A stretch of DNA of 59,428 nucleotides, counting the filler. It is 5 parts of 5 records of this genome, joined end to end, with 100 filler letters (N's around TTAATTAATTAA, not from the genome) between each part and the next. Parts side by side here need not be neighbours in the genome. Positions count along the whole stretch, not along the records: positions 17,915 to 33,277 come from DRR723986_11717; 4 more parts are not named here. The stretch is one strand, 5' to 3'. This document shows positions 17,915 to 26,829 of this stretch, one piece after another. Both the position numbers and the translations under genes were made by a program. The notes under the pieces were generated by a model. That model worked only from the letters and a program-made list of their open reading frames with translations. It made no database searches and had not been told where the DNA came from. Position 1 is the first letter of the stretch; every line of letters starts with the position of its first letter.

Positions 17915-20092
17915 ACCATCGACTATGTCGTCACCAAGATCCCGCGCTTTGCGTTCGAGAAATACAAGGGCACCGAGCCGGTCCTGACGACCGCCATGAA
18001 ATCGGTCGGCGAAGCCATGGCCATCGGCCGGAACTTCAAGGAAAGCTTCCAGAAGGCGCTGAACTCGCTGGAGACCGGCCTGTCCGGTCTGAACGAGATG
18101 GAATTCGAGGACGAAACGAAGCTGCGCGCGGCCCTCGCGATCCAGTCACCCGACCGCATACGCGTTGTCGCCCAGGCCTTCCGCTCCGGCCTCAGCGTGG
18201 ACGAAATCTACGCCATCACCTCCATCGACAAATGGTTCCTGCGCCAGTTCGAGGAAATCGTCGCTGCGGAAAACAAGATCCGTTCGCAGGGCCTGCCGGA
18301 CGACGCCTACGCGCTGACCGACATCAAGGCCATGGGCTTCTCCGACAAACGCCTCGCCGAACTGACCGGCAAGACCGAACAGGCGGTACGCGACCAGCGT
18401 CATGCTCTGGATGTGCGCCCGGTCTACAAGCGCATCGACACCTGCGCCGCCGAATTCGCAGCGAAGACGCCTTACCTGTACTCCACCTATGAGCATCCGC
18501 TGTTCGGCCAGGACAAGCCGGACTGTGAATCCCTGCCCACCGCACGGGAAAAGGTCGTGATCCTGGGTGGCGGACCGAACCGGATCGGCCAGGGCATCGA
18601 ATTCGATTATTGCTGCTGTCACGCAGCCTTCGCGATGGAAGAGCTCGGCGTCGAGTCGATCATGGTGAACTGCAACCCGGAAACAGTGTCCACGGACTAT
18701 GATACGTCCGACCGCCTGTACTTCGAACCGCTGACCGATGAACACGTGCTCGAGATCATCAACAAGGAAAGCGGCACCGGCCACCTGCGCGGCGTGATTG
18801 TCCAGTTCGGCGGACAAACACCGCTGAAACTTGCCAGTCCGCTGCACCGGCAGAACATCCCGATCCTGGGCACAAGTCCCGAGTCGATCGACCTCGCCGA
18901 AGACCGCGAACAGTTTGCTGCCTTGCTCGACAAGCTCGGCATCCAGCAAGCGCCGTCCCGGACCGCCAGAAGTGTGGATGAAGCTCAGATCAAGGCGAAC
19001 GAAATCGGTTACCCGGTCATGCTGCGCCCGAGCTTCGTGCTCGGCGGCCGCGCCATGGAAATCGCACGCGATGACGACGACCTGCGCAAGTTCGCAGCCG
19101 AGGCGCTTCAGGTATCCGGCGATGCCTCGCTCTTTATCGACCGCTACCTGTCCGATGCGACCGAAGTGGATGTCGATGCGATCTGCGATGGCGAAAATGT
19201 CCACGTCGCAGGCATCATGGAGCATATTGAGGAAGCCGGCGTCCACTCCGGCGACTCTGCCTGTGCCCTGCCGCCCTTCACGCTTTCCCCTGCCCTTCAG
19301 GGCCGGCTGGCCGAGCAAACGATCGCGCTTGCACGCGAACTGAAAGTACGTGGCCTGATCAATATCCAGTTTGCCGTGAAAGACGACGAGATCTACGTTC
19401 TGGAAGCGAACCCGCGCGCCAGCCGGACGGTCCCGTTCGTCGCCAAGGCTGTCGGTGCGCCGATTGCCGGCATCGCGGCGAAGGTCATGGCCGGCGAGAA
19501 GCTGACGGAATTCGACCTGACCCACGCCCACCCCCGCCGGGTCGCCGTGAAGGAAGCGGTCTTCCCGTTTGCCCGGTTCCCGGGTGTCGATCCGCAACTG
19601 GGGCCTGAGATGCGGTCGACCGGCGAAGTCATGGGCTGGGACGATGATTTCGGTACCGCCTTCCTCAAGAGCCAGATGGGCTGCGGCGTCATTCTGCCGA
19701 CCGAGGGCGCCGTGTTCATCTCGGTGAAGGATTCGGACAAGACCGGCGTTATCGAAGCAGCCCGCGACCTTGTTGAGCTTGGCTTCACCCTTGTCGCCAC
19801 GTCAGGTACCGCGGCTCACCTGGAAGCAGAAGGCCTGCCCGTCCGGGCCATCAACAAGGTCAATGAAGGCCAGCCCCACATTGTGGATGCCATGATCAAT
19901 GGCGAAATTCAGCTCGTGTTCAATACGACCGAAGGTGCAACATCCATTGCAGATAGCGCCTCGATCCGGCGGACAGCCGTGGCCCGCAAGATCCCCTACT
20001 ACACGACGCTGGCGGCTTCGATCGCCTCGGTTCGTGCGATCTCCAGCATGACGTCGCGGGAAATCTCCGTACGCGCCTTGCAATCGGCGTGA
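17915..20092 (+). CDS. carB: Carbamoyl-phosphate synthase large subunit (5'-truncated)
   Basis: [38 protein letters not shown]-terminal MGS domain. Confidence 0.98.
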   Translation, partial: TIDYVVTKIPRFAFEKYKGTEPVLTTAMKSVGEAMAIGRNFKESFQKALNSLETGLSGLNEMEFEDETKLRAALAIQSPDRIRVVAQAFRSGLSVDEIYAITSIDKWFLRQFEEIVAAENKIRSQGLPDDAYALTDIKAMGFSDKRLAELTGKTEQAVRDQRHALDVRPVYKRIDTCAAEFAAKTPYLYSTYEHPLFGQDKPDCESLPTAREKVVILGGGPNRIGQGIEFDYCCCHAAFAMEELGVESIMVNCNPETVSTDYDTSDRLYFEPLTDEHVLEIINKESGTGHLRGVIVQFGGQTPLKLASPLHRQNIPILGTSPESIDLAEDREQFAALLDKLGIQQAPSRTARSVDEAQIKANEIGYPVMLRPSFVLGGRAMEIARDDDDLRKFAAEALQVSGDASLFIDRYLSDATEVDVDAICDGENVHVAGIMEHIEEAGVHSGDSACALPPFTLSPALQGRLAEQTIALARELKVRGLINIQFAVKDDEIYVLEANPRASRTVPFVAKAVGAPIAGIAAKVMAGEKLTEFDLTHAHPRRVAVKEAVFPFARFPGVDPQLGPEMRSTGEVMGWDDDFGTAFLKSQMGCGVILPTEGAVFISVKDSDKTGVIEAARDLVELGFTLVATSGTAAHLEAEGLPVRAINKVNEGQPHIVDAMINGEIQLVFNTTEGATSIADSASIRRTAVARKIPYYTTLAASIASVRAISSMTSREISVRALQSA

Positions 20093-20159
20093 CAACTCCC
20101 ACTTGACGACGTTCACATTTGCGACAACGATTTTCGCCCAATTACAGAGGTGACACCCT

Positions 20160-20633
20160 ATGGAACGCATTCCCATGACCGCAGAAGGCCATGCTGCGCT
20201 TCAAGCTGAGCTCAAGAACCTCAAATCGGTTGAGCGCCCGAACATCATCGCGGCGATCGCTGAGGCGCGTGCGCACGGCGACCTGTCCGAGAATGCCGAA
20301 TACCATGCCGCCAAGGAGAAGCAGAGCTTCATCGAAGGCCGTATCAGCGAACTGGACGACAAGCTCGCCCGTGCAGACGTGATCGATGTCTCCAAACTGA
20401 CCGGCGGCAAAATCCGCTTCGGCGCAACGGTGTCTCTGATCGACGTCGATTCCGAAGAGGAATCTTCCTACAAGATCGTCGGTGACGATGAGGCGAACGT
20501 GAAAGAAGGCAAGATTTCCATCTCTTCCCCGATTGCCCGGGCCCTGATCGGCAAGGAAGAAGGCGACGAAGCCGAAGTCGCGGCACCTGCCGGGGCGCGC
20601 GCCTACGAAATCGTCAAAGTCGAGTATTTGTAA
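20160..20633 (+). CDS. greA: Transcription elongation factor GreA
   Basis: [29 protein letters not shown]. Confidence 0.98.
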   Translation: MERIPMTAEGHAALQAELKNLKSVERPNIIAAIAEARAHGDLSENAEYHAAKEKQSFIEGRISELDDKLARADVIDVSKLTGGKIRFGATVSLIDVDSEEESSYKIVGDDEANVKEGKISISSPIARALIGKEEGDEAEVAAPAGARAYEIVKVEYL

Positions 20634-21710
20634 ATGTCGGGGCCGGGATCGCTCGGACCCTCAGTCTGGGCGGTCTCTGACGGCCGCGCAGGCAACGCTG
20701 CCCAGGTGCGCGCAATCGTGCAGGCATTGGGCGAGACACGCCGCTGGATGAAGATCGGGCATGTTCCAGGGGAAGCGCACCGCGCCGAACCGATCGTCCT
20801 GACACCACGTATGCCCTGGACCTGGCTGCCGGCAGACAATTGGCCTTCGCCACTTTCCGCGCTACCTGCTGACCAGCGCGCTGTACTACAAGCCCCCTGG
20901 CCGACCGTCTGGATCGCCGCAGGCCGCCGGTCTGCCGCTTTTACCCGTGCTGTGCGTGAATGGTCCGGCGGGCGCACACTGACCGTCCAGATTCTTGATC
21001 CACATATTCCGCCGGACAATTTCGACCTTCTTGTGACGCCCAAGCATGACGGCGTGACGGGCCCGAACGTGATCCAGACGGTTGGTTCCCCCTCCTATTT
21101 TTCTCCGCATGCGATTGAAGAGGCAGCGCAGGCCTTTGCGGACCTCGCGGACGAACGCGGCAAAAGCGCCATTGTCGTCCTGGGTGGCAATAGCAAATCC
21201 CACACCTTTACAGAAGCGGCAGCCGATCGGCTCGTCGCCCAGCTGCGCGAGCTTGCCAGAAAAGGCTGGCGCCTGCGGATGACGGCGTCCCGGCGCACGC
21301 CTGATCCGATCCGGGCGCGGTTCCGCCGGCTGGCTGATGAGATCGGTGCAATGTTCTGGTCGGGCACGGAGGATGGCCCGAACCCCTATATCGCCTGGCT
21401 CACCTTCTCCGATGTCGCCATCGTCACGGAAGACAGCGCCAACATGCTTTCGGACGCGACCTGGCATGGCCTTCCCCTGCATATTGCAAAACTGGAAGGG
21501 CGGTCCGACAAATTCGACAAATTGCACGAAAGCCTGATTGCGCACGGTGCGGCGCGCTGGTTTGACGGCACGCTGGAAACCTGGACCTACGCGCCTCTGC
21601 GCGAAGCAGACCGGGTCGCCGACGCCATTGTCGATAGACTTCTGGAGCGCTACCCGCAGCCCGATATGGGGCAATCAAACTTGGTTGCCGCGCCCGATTG
21701 GCTGAGTTGA
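20634..21710 (+). CDS. ELM1 / DUF1022 family protein
   Basis: SDGRAG, AAGRR, QILDP, FDL...P.HD, SRRTP, NPY, VTEDSANM motifs. Confidence 0.85.
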   Translation: MSGPGSLGPSVWAVSDGRAGNAAQVRAIVQALGETRRWMKIGHVPGEAHRAEPIVLTPRMPWTWLPADNWPSPLSALPADQRAVLQAPWPTVWIAAGRRSAAFTRAVREWSGGRTLTVQILDPHIPPDNFDLLVTPKHDGVTGPNVIQTVGSPSYFSPHAIEEAAQAFADLADERGKSAIVVLGGNSKSHTFTEAAADRLVAQLRELARKGWRLRMTASRRTPDPIRARFRRLADEIGAMFWSGTEDGPNPYIAWLTFSDVAIVTEDSANMLSDATWHGLPLHIAKLEGRSDKFDKLHESLIAHGAARWFDGTLETWTYAPLREADRVADAIVDRLLERYPQPDMGQSNLVAAPDWLS

Positions 21711-21783
21711 TCGCGCCAGCCCCGCTTTTTCTTGCGTTTTGAATTTCCCTGAGGCCTTATGTCCCTGACTTTGGGGACAAGGT

Positions 21784-22515
21784 ATGGCGCGCGACATCGA
21801 GCCACTTCGCCAGTTTTTCCGGGATTGCCGTGACGCGGCAACGCTCCTGGACCTCCGCACTGCTGCAGCAAACTATTATCAAACAACCCATGTCGTGATG
21901 GCCAGCTACATGCATTATCCGCCGGTCGGCGCCCGTGATTTCGATGGGCAGATCCGGGTCGGAGAGTTTGGTTATCCGGAAAGCTGGCGGGAAACCTATC
22001 TCGCGGAAGAGCTGCATCTGTGCGACCCGCTGGCCCGCAGGGCCGTGAATTTCACCCGTCCCTATTTCTGGACCGAAGCCCCGCAATTGCCGAACCTGAC
22101 ATTGGACGAACGCGAATATCTTCAGCGCGTCGCCGCGCAGAATATGGGCGAAGGGATCGGTATCCCCCTGTTCGGTCCCGCCGGGCGAAACGGTTACGCC
22201 GCGCTGGGTTTCGGCCAGGCAGAACGCCCGCCCGCGGATGAAGTGCTTGAACTGCAGGCCGCAGCCCAGATGGGTCATCTGGCCTATTGCCGCCTGCTGC
22301 TGAAGGATCTTCCTAACGGCACCGTCCTGTCTGCCCGCGAACGCGAAATCCTGCGATGGGTCGCGCGTGGGCGAACCAATTCGCAGATTGCGGAAGTTCT
22401 CCAGCTGTCACGGAATACGGTCGAAACCTATATCCGGCGTTGTTTTGAGAAGCTCGACGTGAACGACCGGGTCTCCGCGGCTCTGCGGGGCATCGCGCTC
22501 GGCATGGTCGACTGA
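21784..22515 (+). CDS. LuxR-family regulator with autoinducer-binding domain (LuxR solo)
   Basis: YPESWRETY, CDP, YFW, G motif; C-terminal LSAREREILRWVARG HTH; no adjacent luxI. Confidence 0.88.
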   Translation: MARDIEPLRQFFRDCRDAATLLDLRTAAANYYQTTHVVMASYMHYPPVGARDFDGQIRVGEFGYPESWRETYLAEELHLCDPLARRAVNFTRPYFWTEAPQLPNLTLDEREYLQRVAAQNMGEGIGIPLFGPAGRNGYAALGFGQAERPPADEVLELQAAAQMGHLAYCRLLLKDLPNGTVLSAREREILRWVARGRTNSQIAEVLQLSRNTVETYIRRCFEKLDVNDRVSAALRGIALGMVD

Positions 22516-22522
22516 CAGCCTG

Positions 22523-23707
22523 TCAGGCTGCGGCGACGCGGTCATCTGCCGGGATGGCCTTCAGGATAAATCCGCCGCCAAGGATGCGCGTGCCACCGTC
22601 AGGATCGTACAGCACCGCTGCCTGTCCGCGTGCAACACCTTCTTCCGGCGCGTCGAACCAGATAACCGGCGTGCCGTCATGCCAGCCCAGCCGTCCCGGT
22701 ACAGGCGGCCGTGTGGACCGCACACGGACGAGCACAGGGGCGCCCGCATCGGCAGCAGACTCAAGGCTACCGGCCCCAATCCAGTTCAACTCTTCGAGCA
22801 GCAGGCCGGATGTCATCAGCGCTTCACGCGGGCCAACGACAACGCGGCGGTTCGGCGCGTCGATCTTCACAACAAACAACGGCTCCCCAGTGGCGACACC
22901 AAGGCCGCGGCGCTGGCCGATCGTGTAGTGGATGACGCCATTATGCTCGCCCAGCACACGTCCATCGAGATGCACGATCTCCCCGCCGCGCCCGGCCCCG
23001 GGACGCAGTTTCTCAACGACATTCGCATACGACCCTTCCGGCACGAAACAGATGTCCTGGCTGTCCGGCTTCGAGGCAACTGGCAGGTTGAACCGGTCAG
23101 CCAGTTCCCGCACTTCCGTCTTCGGCAGGTCGCCCAAAGGAAAGCGCAGGAAATCCAGCTGCTCGCGGGTTGTCGCAAACAGGAAGTAGGACTGATCGCG
23201 CGACGCATCTGCCGCGCGGTGCAGTTCCGGTCCATCTGCGCCATCCGAACGGCGGATATAATGTCCCGTCGCGAGGCAGTCCGCACCAAGGTCTTTCGCC
23301 GTTTTCAGGAGGTCTGAGAATTTGACCGTCTGATTGCAGCGGATACAGGGGATCGGCGTCGAACCGGCGAGGTATGTGTCGGCGAAATCCTCCATCACCT
23401 GCTCGCGGAACTTCGACTCGAAATCCAGCACATAATGCGGAATGCCGATCATGTCGGCGACGTTCCGCGCATCATGGATGTCCTGCCCTGCGCAACAGGC
23501 GCCTTTCTTCTCGATGGCGGCGCCGTGATCGTACAGCTGCAGCGTGATGCCAATGACATCATAGCCTTCAGCCTTCAGCATGGCAGCCACCACGGAACTG
23601 TCGACCCCGCCTGACATGGCGGCGACAACGCGGGTATCAGCCGGCGCTTTTGCGAATCCAAGGGAATTGACGCCGCCTGTCCAGGCAGCCGTTTTCGTAT
23701 CGGTCAT
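22523..23707 (-). CDS. mnmA: tRNA-specific 2-thiouridylase
   Basis: [40 protein letters not shown]. Confidence 0.97.
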   Translation of the reverse strand: MTDTKTAAWTGGVNSLGFAKAPADTRVVAAMSGGVDSSVVAAMLKAEGYDVIGITLQLYDHGAAIEKKGACCAGQDIHDARNVADMIGIPHYVLDFESKFREQVMEDFADTYLAGSTPIPCIRCNQTVKFSDLLKTAKDLGADCLATGHYIRRSDGADGPELHRAADASRDQSYFLFATTREQLDFLRFPLGDLPKTEVRELADRFNLPVASKPDSQDICFVPEGSYANVVEKLRPGAGRGGEIVHLDGRVLGEHNGVIHYTIGQRRGLGVATGEPLFVVKIDAPNRRVVVGPREALMTSGLLLEELNWIGAGSLESAADAGAPVLVRVRSTRPPVPGRLGWHDGTPVIWFDAPEEGVARGQAAVLYDPDGGTRILGGGFILKAIPADDRVAAA

Positions 23708-23799
23708 CTCTCACTCCCACCGGGTTCAAGGCCCGGAGCAGCCAAGGTTGAGGCGCGCATATAGCGGCTGGATGACCAAAGGTGAAGGGCCGGGCCTGC

Positions 23800-24645
23800 T
23801 CAGGCTGCCGAGGTGGCCGTTTTTGGAGTACCGTCCGAGGCGATCCAGGTGCCGCGGAAATCGCGTGACGGCTCCAGCTGGTTCGTCAGGCCGATCAGGC
23901 TCTCGCCCTGCCCCAGAATGACCAGACCGCTCGGCATCAGCTGGGCGGCGAGCGAGTCAGCAACGCGGCTGCGGGCCGATCGGTCCATGCCTGACAGCAC
24001 GTTGCGGCACAGGATGACATCGAACTTGCCAAGCCCGCCGGCGCTCTCGAGCAGATTGTGCTGGCGGAAGCTGACCTTGCTGCGCAGGGCCTCGGAGATT
24101 TCCCACTGCCCGCTGTCGGTGCGGGTGAAGTGGTGCAAAAGGCGGTGAATGGAGAGGCCCTTCTGGACTTCGTAATGTCCATAGCGCCCGGCCCGGGCCC
24201 GCTCTGTGGCCGTTTTGCAAAGGTCGGTAGAGAGGATCTCGATCTTGGCTCCGCGCAGGGCGGGAGGCAGGTCGTCCTCAAGCAGCATCGCCAGCGAATA
24301 AGCTTCCTGCCCTGTGGAGCCACCGGCAATCCAGACTTTCACCCGGCCGGTATTCCCGGCCTTGAGACGCATGGGCAGGATATCGTTGACCAGGCGGTGC
24401 AGCGTATCGCGTTCCCGGAAGAACCACGTGTCCTTTGACACAAGCGCTGCGGCACATTCTGCAGCAAACACTGGATTTGCGCGGGATTTCAGGCAATGGA
24501 CCAGATCGTCCAGCGAGCCAAAGCCTTCCCGGCGCGCAATCGGCGCCAGACGGGCTTCGATCAGATAGGATTTCGATCGCGGAATCGCCTGACCCGACCC
24601 TTTCAGGGCCAGGTCTGCCAACTCGTTGAACACCCCATCCTGCAT
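23800..24645 (-). CDS. cheR: CheR-family chemotaxis methyltransferase (divergent motifs)
   Basis: FFRE, STGQEAYS, STDL, HNLL, FDVILCRNVL. Confidence 0.85.
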   Translation of the reverse strand: MQDGVFNELADLALKGSGQAIPRSKSYLIEARLAPIARREGFGSLDDLVHCLKSRANPVFAAECAAALVSKDTWFFRERDTLHRLVNDILPMRLKAGNTGRVKVWIAGGSTGQEAYSLAMLLEDDLPPALRGAKIEILSTDLCKTATERARAGRYGHYEVQKGLSIHRLLHHFTRTDSGQWEISEALRSKVSFRQHNLLESAGGLGKFDVILCRNVLSGMDRSARSRVADSLAAQLMPSGLVILGQGESLIGLTNQLEPSRDFRGTWIASDGTPKTATSAA

Positions 24646-24703
24646 AATTGGCTCCGGTCCCGGGCTGATGCGCTCGCAAAAGTTACCGGTACAGCAAGGA
24701 TTA

Positions 24704-24718
24704 TTAAGAAATACTTAG
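24704..24718. promoter_or_regulatory. Possible CtrA site upstream of cheR
   Basis: TTAA-GAAATAC-TTAG, one mismatch from TTAA-N7-TTAA. Confidence 0.35.
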
Positions 24719-25080
24719 ATCAACCCGACTTCGGCGAACTTGCTTTCAAGAATCTCTGCGTCGAACGGCTTCATAATAAACTCATCGGCACCGGATCGTA
24801 GCGCCTCGCCGACATGTTCTGCATCATTCTCGATCGAGCAGAACATGACAACCGGCTTTTTACCACCCTCTTCCCGCCGCAGGGCGCGCAGGAAATCGAG
24901 GCCGTTCATCACGGGCATGTTCCAGTCCAGCAGGACAGCCTCGGGCATCTGCTTGCGGCAGATATCCAGAGCTTCCGAGCCATTTCCTGCTTCGACCACT
25001 TCGAAGCGCAGATCCTTGATGATACGGGCCGCAACTTTCCGCACCACGCGGGAATCGTCGACTATCAGGCACGTTTTCAT
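24715..25080 (-). CDS. cheY: Single-domain response regulator, CheY-like
   Basis: MKTCLIVDDS, LLDWNMP, MKPF; start moved to 25080. Confidence 0.85.
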   Translation of the reverse strand: MKTCLIVDDSRVVRKVAARIIKDLRFEVVEAGNGSEALDICRKQMPEAVLLDWNMPVMNGLDFLRALRREEGGKKPVVMFCSIENDAEHVGEALRSGADEFIMKPFDAEILESKFAEVGLI

Positions 25081-25166
25081 GAACCTTTTCCCAACTGGAA
25101 TTCGATCTCCGGACGCTCGCCGAAGTGTCTTAACAAAATCTTTCAACGCCCGTCCGGCGAGCAGGC

Positions 25167-25814
25167 TCAGCCTTCGGCGCGCAGCCCCGCGGCCATGAAG
25201 ATCACCTGACCGTCACTCGCCTTGGCGGTAAACTCGCCTTCGAGGCCGTCACAGATCATCTTTGCAAACAGCGGCTGAATGTTTTCGGCCCGCCAGCCTT
25301 CAGCCGGATCGGTACCTTCGATTGCCGCAGTCACTTCTTCCTTGAGGCGGGCACGATCCCCTTTTGCCGTCAGCGTGATCGTCAGGCCGCCCGTTTCGCT
25401 GCGAATGCGGACGCTGACCACACCGCCGCGCGGCAGGGATTCCACCGCCAACATGACGAGATTCATCATCAGGCGAACATGAGAGAAGCTCAGATGGTCC
25501 GCCTGAAGGTCCCACTCGACGCTCGGCTTGTGGCTACTGACGAAAGCGTCGGTAATCTTGCGGGCTTCATGAATATCCGCCGCACCGGCATTCAGACCGA
25601 TGGACCCGAAGGCGTAGCGCAAAAACTGGATGCGCGCGGCGGCTTTTTCCGCCCCGTCATGCAGCAGGGCTTCTGCCTGTGCCTTCATTTCATGGTCGCC
25701 CGGCTCGTCAATCAGATCGAGTGCATTGGTGACCGAGGAAATCGGCGAGACAAGGTCGTGGCAGATGCGCGACGCAATGAACGCAGACAGGCGCGCAGGA
25801 TCGATCGATGACAT
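25167..25814 (-). CDS. chpT: Histidine phosphotransferase ChpT
   Basis: SRICHDLVSP, RIQFLRYAFG, LPRGG degenerate CA domain; start MSSIDP at 25814. Confidence 0.9.
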   Translation of the reverse strand: MSSIDPARLSAFIASRICHDLVSPISSVTNALDLIDEPGDHEMKAQAEALLHDGAEKAAARIQFLRYAFGSIGLNAGAADIHEARKITDAFVSSHKPSVEWDLQADHLSFSHVRLMMNLVMLAVESLPRGGVVSVRIRSETGGLTITLTAKGDRARLKEEVTAAIEGTDPAEGWRAENIQPLFAKMICDGLEGEFTAKASDGQVIFMAAGLRAEG

Positions 25815-25916
25815 GGTCAGCCCTGTAGAAAATAGTGTGACAACGGCGGCAGGATTGGGTGCTCCGCCGTTTGTGTCAATCAAAGCTGCGTGAAGATACC
25901 GTCACAGCTGCAGGGG

Positions 25917-26156
25917 TCACAGGGGTGGGTCGTCCGGCCGATCGATATCGTCGTGTCCATGACGGGCCGAGTAAAATGTCAGGAAAAACAGGCCGCCGGA
26001 TAAGCCAACGGTCAGCACCGCGCCGATTATATAGGCAGCCCAGCCATGCCCGCTGATCCCGTCGCTGCCGCCCATCCAGAAACGTGGCATGACAGCAAGC
26101 ACCACAGCCAGGACAGCGATGCAGGCGAATATGACGGCGATGGCTTTACGAGACAT
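25917..26156 (-). CDS. Small two-TM membrane protein
   Basis: Two hydrophobic segments and FYSARHGHDD tail. Confidence 0.65.
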   Translation of the reverse strand: MSRKAIAVIFACIAVLAVVLAVMPRFWMGGSDGISGHGWAAYIIGAVLTVGLSGGLFFLTFYSARHGHDDIDRPDDPPL

Positions 26157-26199
26157 GCCCCTACCCTAAAGCCGAAGCCGGGCCGGGCAAGTCACGATG

Positions 26200-26547
26200 T
26201 CACTTGCGTTTCCAGACGCCGGACTCGTCCATGTAGTACTCGCCGGCATCCAGCTTCTCGATCTGCTTCTCACCGGTCAGGCGGGCGACTTGCGCAGGCG
26301 TCGTCCCCGTCTGGGCAGCGACTTCGGCATATTTGGCCGCGCGGCGGTTGTTGATCTCATTGACCTTTCGGACGAGGGCCGGATCGGCGGCGCTCACAAC
26401 ACCCAGAAGGCCGTCGATGGTTTCACCCACCTGGCCGGAATCTATGGCGGCATCGATCACGGGGTCGCCCGCAAAAGCGGCAGGCGCCACCGCAAAGGAT
26501 GCGATGGCGAATAAGGAGGCGGCGGCGAAAGTGCGAAGGGATGTCAT
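26200..26547 (-). CDS. ydbL: YdbL / DUF1318 family periplasmic protein
   Basis: Signal peptide, G.VGE..DGLLG, IN..R...Y, G.W motifs; downstream of ynbE. Confidence 0.85.
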   Translation of the reverse strand: MTSLRTFAAASLFAIASFAVAPAAFAGDPVIDAAIDSGQVGETIDGLLGVVSAADPALVRKVNEINNRRAAKYAEVAAQTGTTPAQVARLTGEKQIEKLDAGEYYMDESGVWKRK

Positions 26548-26566
26548 GAAATGTCTCCTCTCTTCG

Positions 26567-26752
26567 CTAGAACAGATCCGGGTTGTCCGCGATCAGTTCC
26601 TCGACTTCCTTGTCGAGGATGATGCGCACTTCCTGGGTGATATTGAGATCGATCTTTATCGGCTTGTCCGACGGTTCGATCTTTATCGTATGCGTGCAGG
26701 CAGCCAGGATAGCAAATCCGGCGCCGGCAAGGAGTGTGTTTCGAAGGGTCAT
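26567..26752 (-). CDS. ynbE: YnbE family lipoprotein
   Basis: Lipobox LAAC, DKPI.I.LNI..EV, C-terminal DLF. Confidence 0.88.
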   Translation of the reverse strand: MTLRNTLLAGAGFAILAACTHTIKIEPSDKPIKIDLNITQEVRIILDKEVEELIADNPDLF

Positions 26753-26829
26753 GGGCGTGGCGGCCTCCTTGAAGCTTGCGCCACCATGCCATGGCCCGGC
26801 TTAACGTCAATCAAGGACATGGTTGTCCC

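Noticed and set aside
18146-19597. Long antisense or alternate-frame ORFs (483 aa here; also 6879-8126, 30271-31449, 38164-39249, 43315-44514, 52395-53396)
   Set aside because: Shadows of well-supported genes in GC-rich, codon-biased DNA; no recognisable motifs
25128-25146. TTAA-containing stretch upstream of cheY as a CtrA box
   Set aside because: Second half-site (TTTC at N7 spacing) is too degenerate
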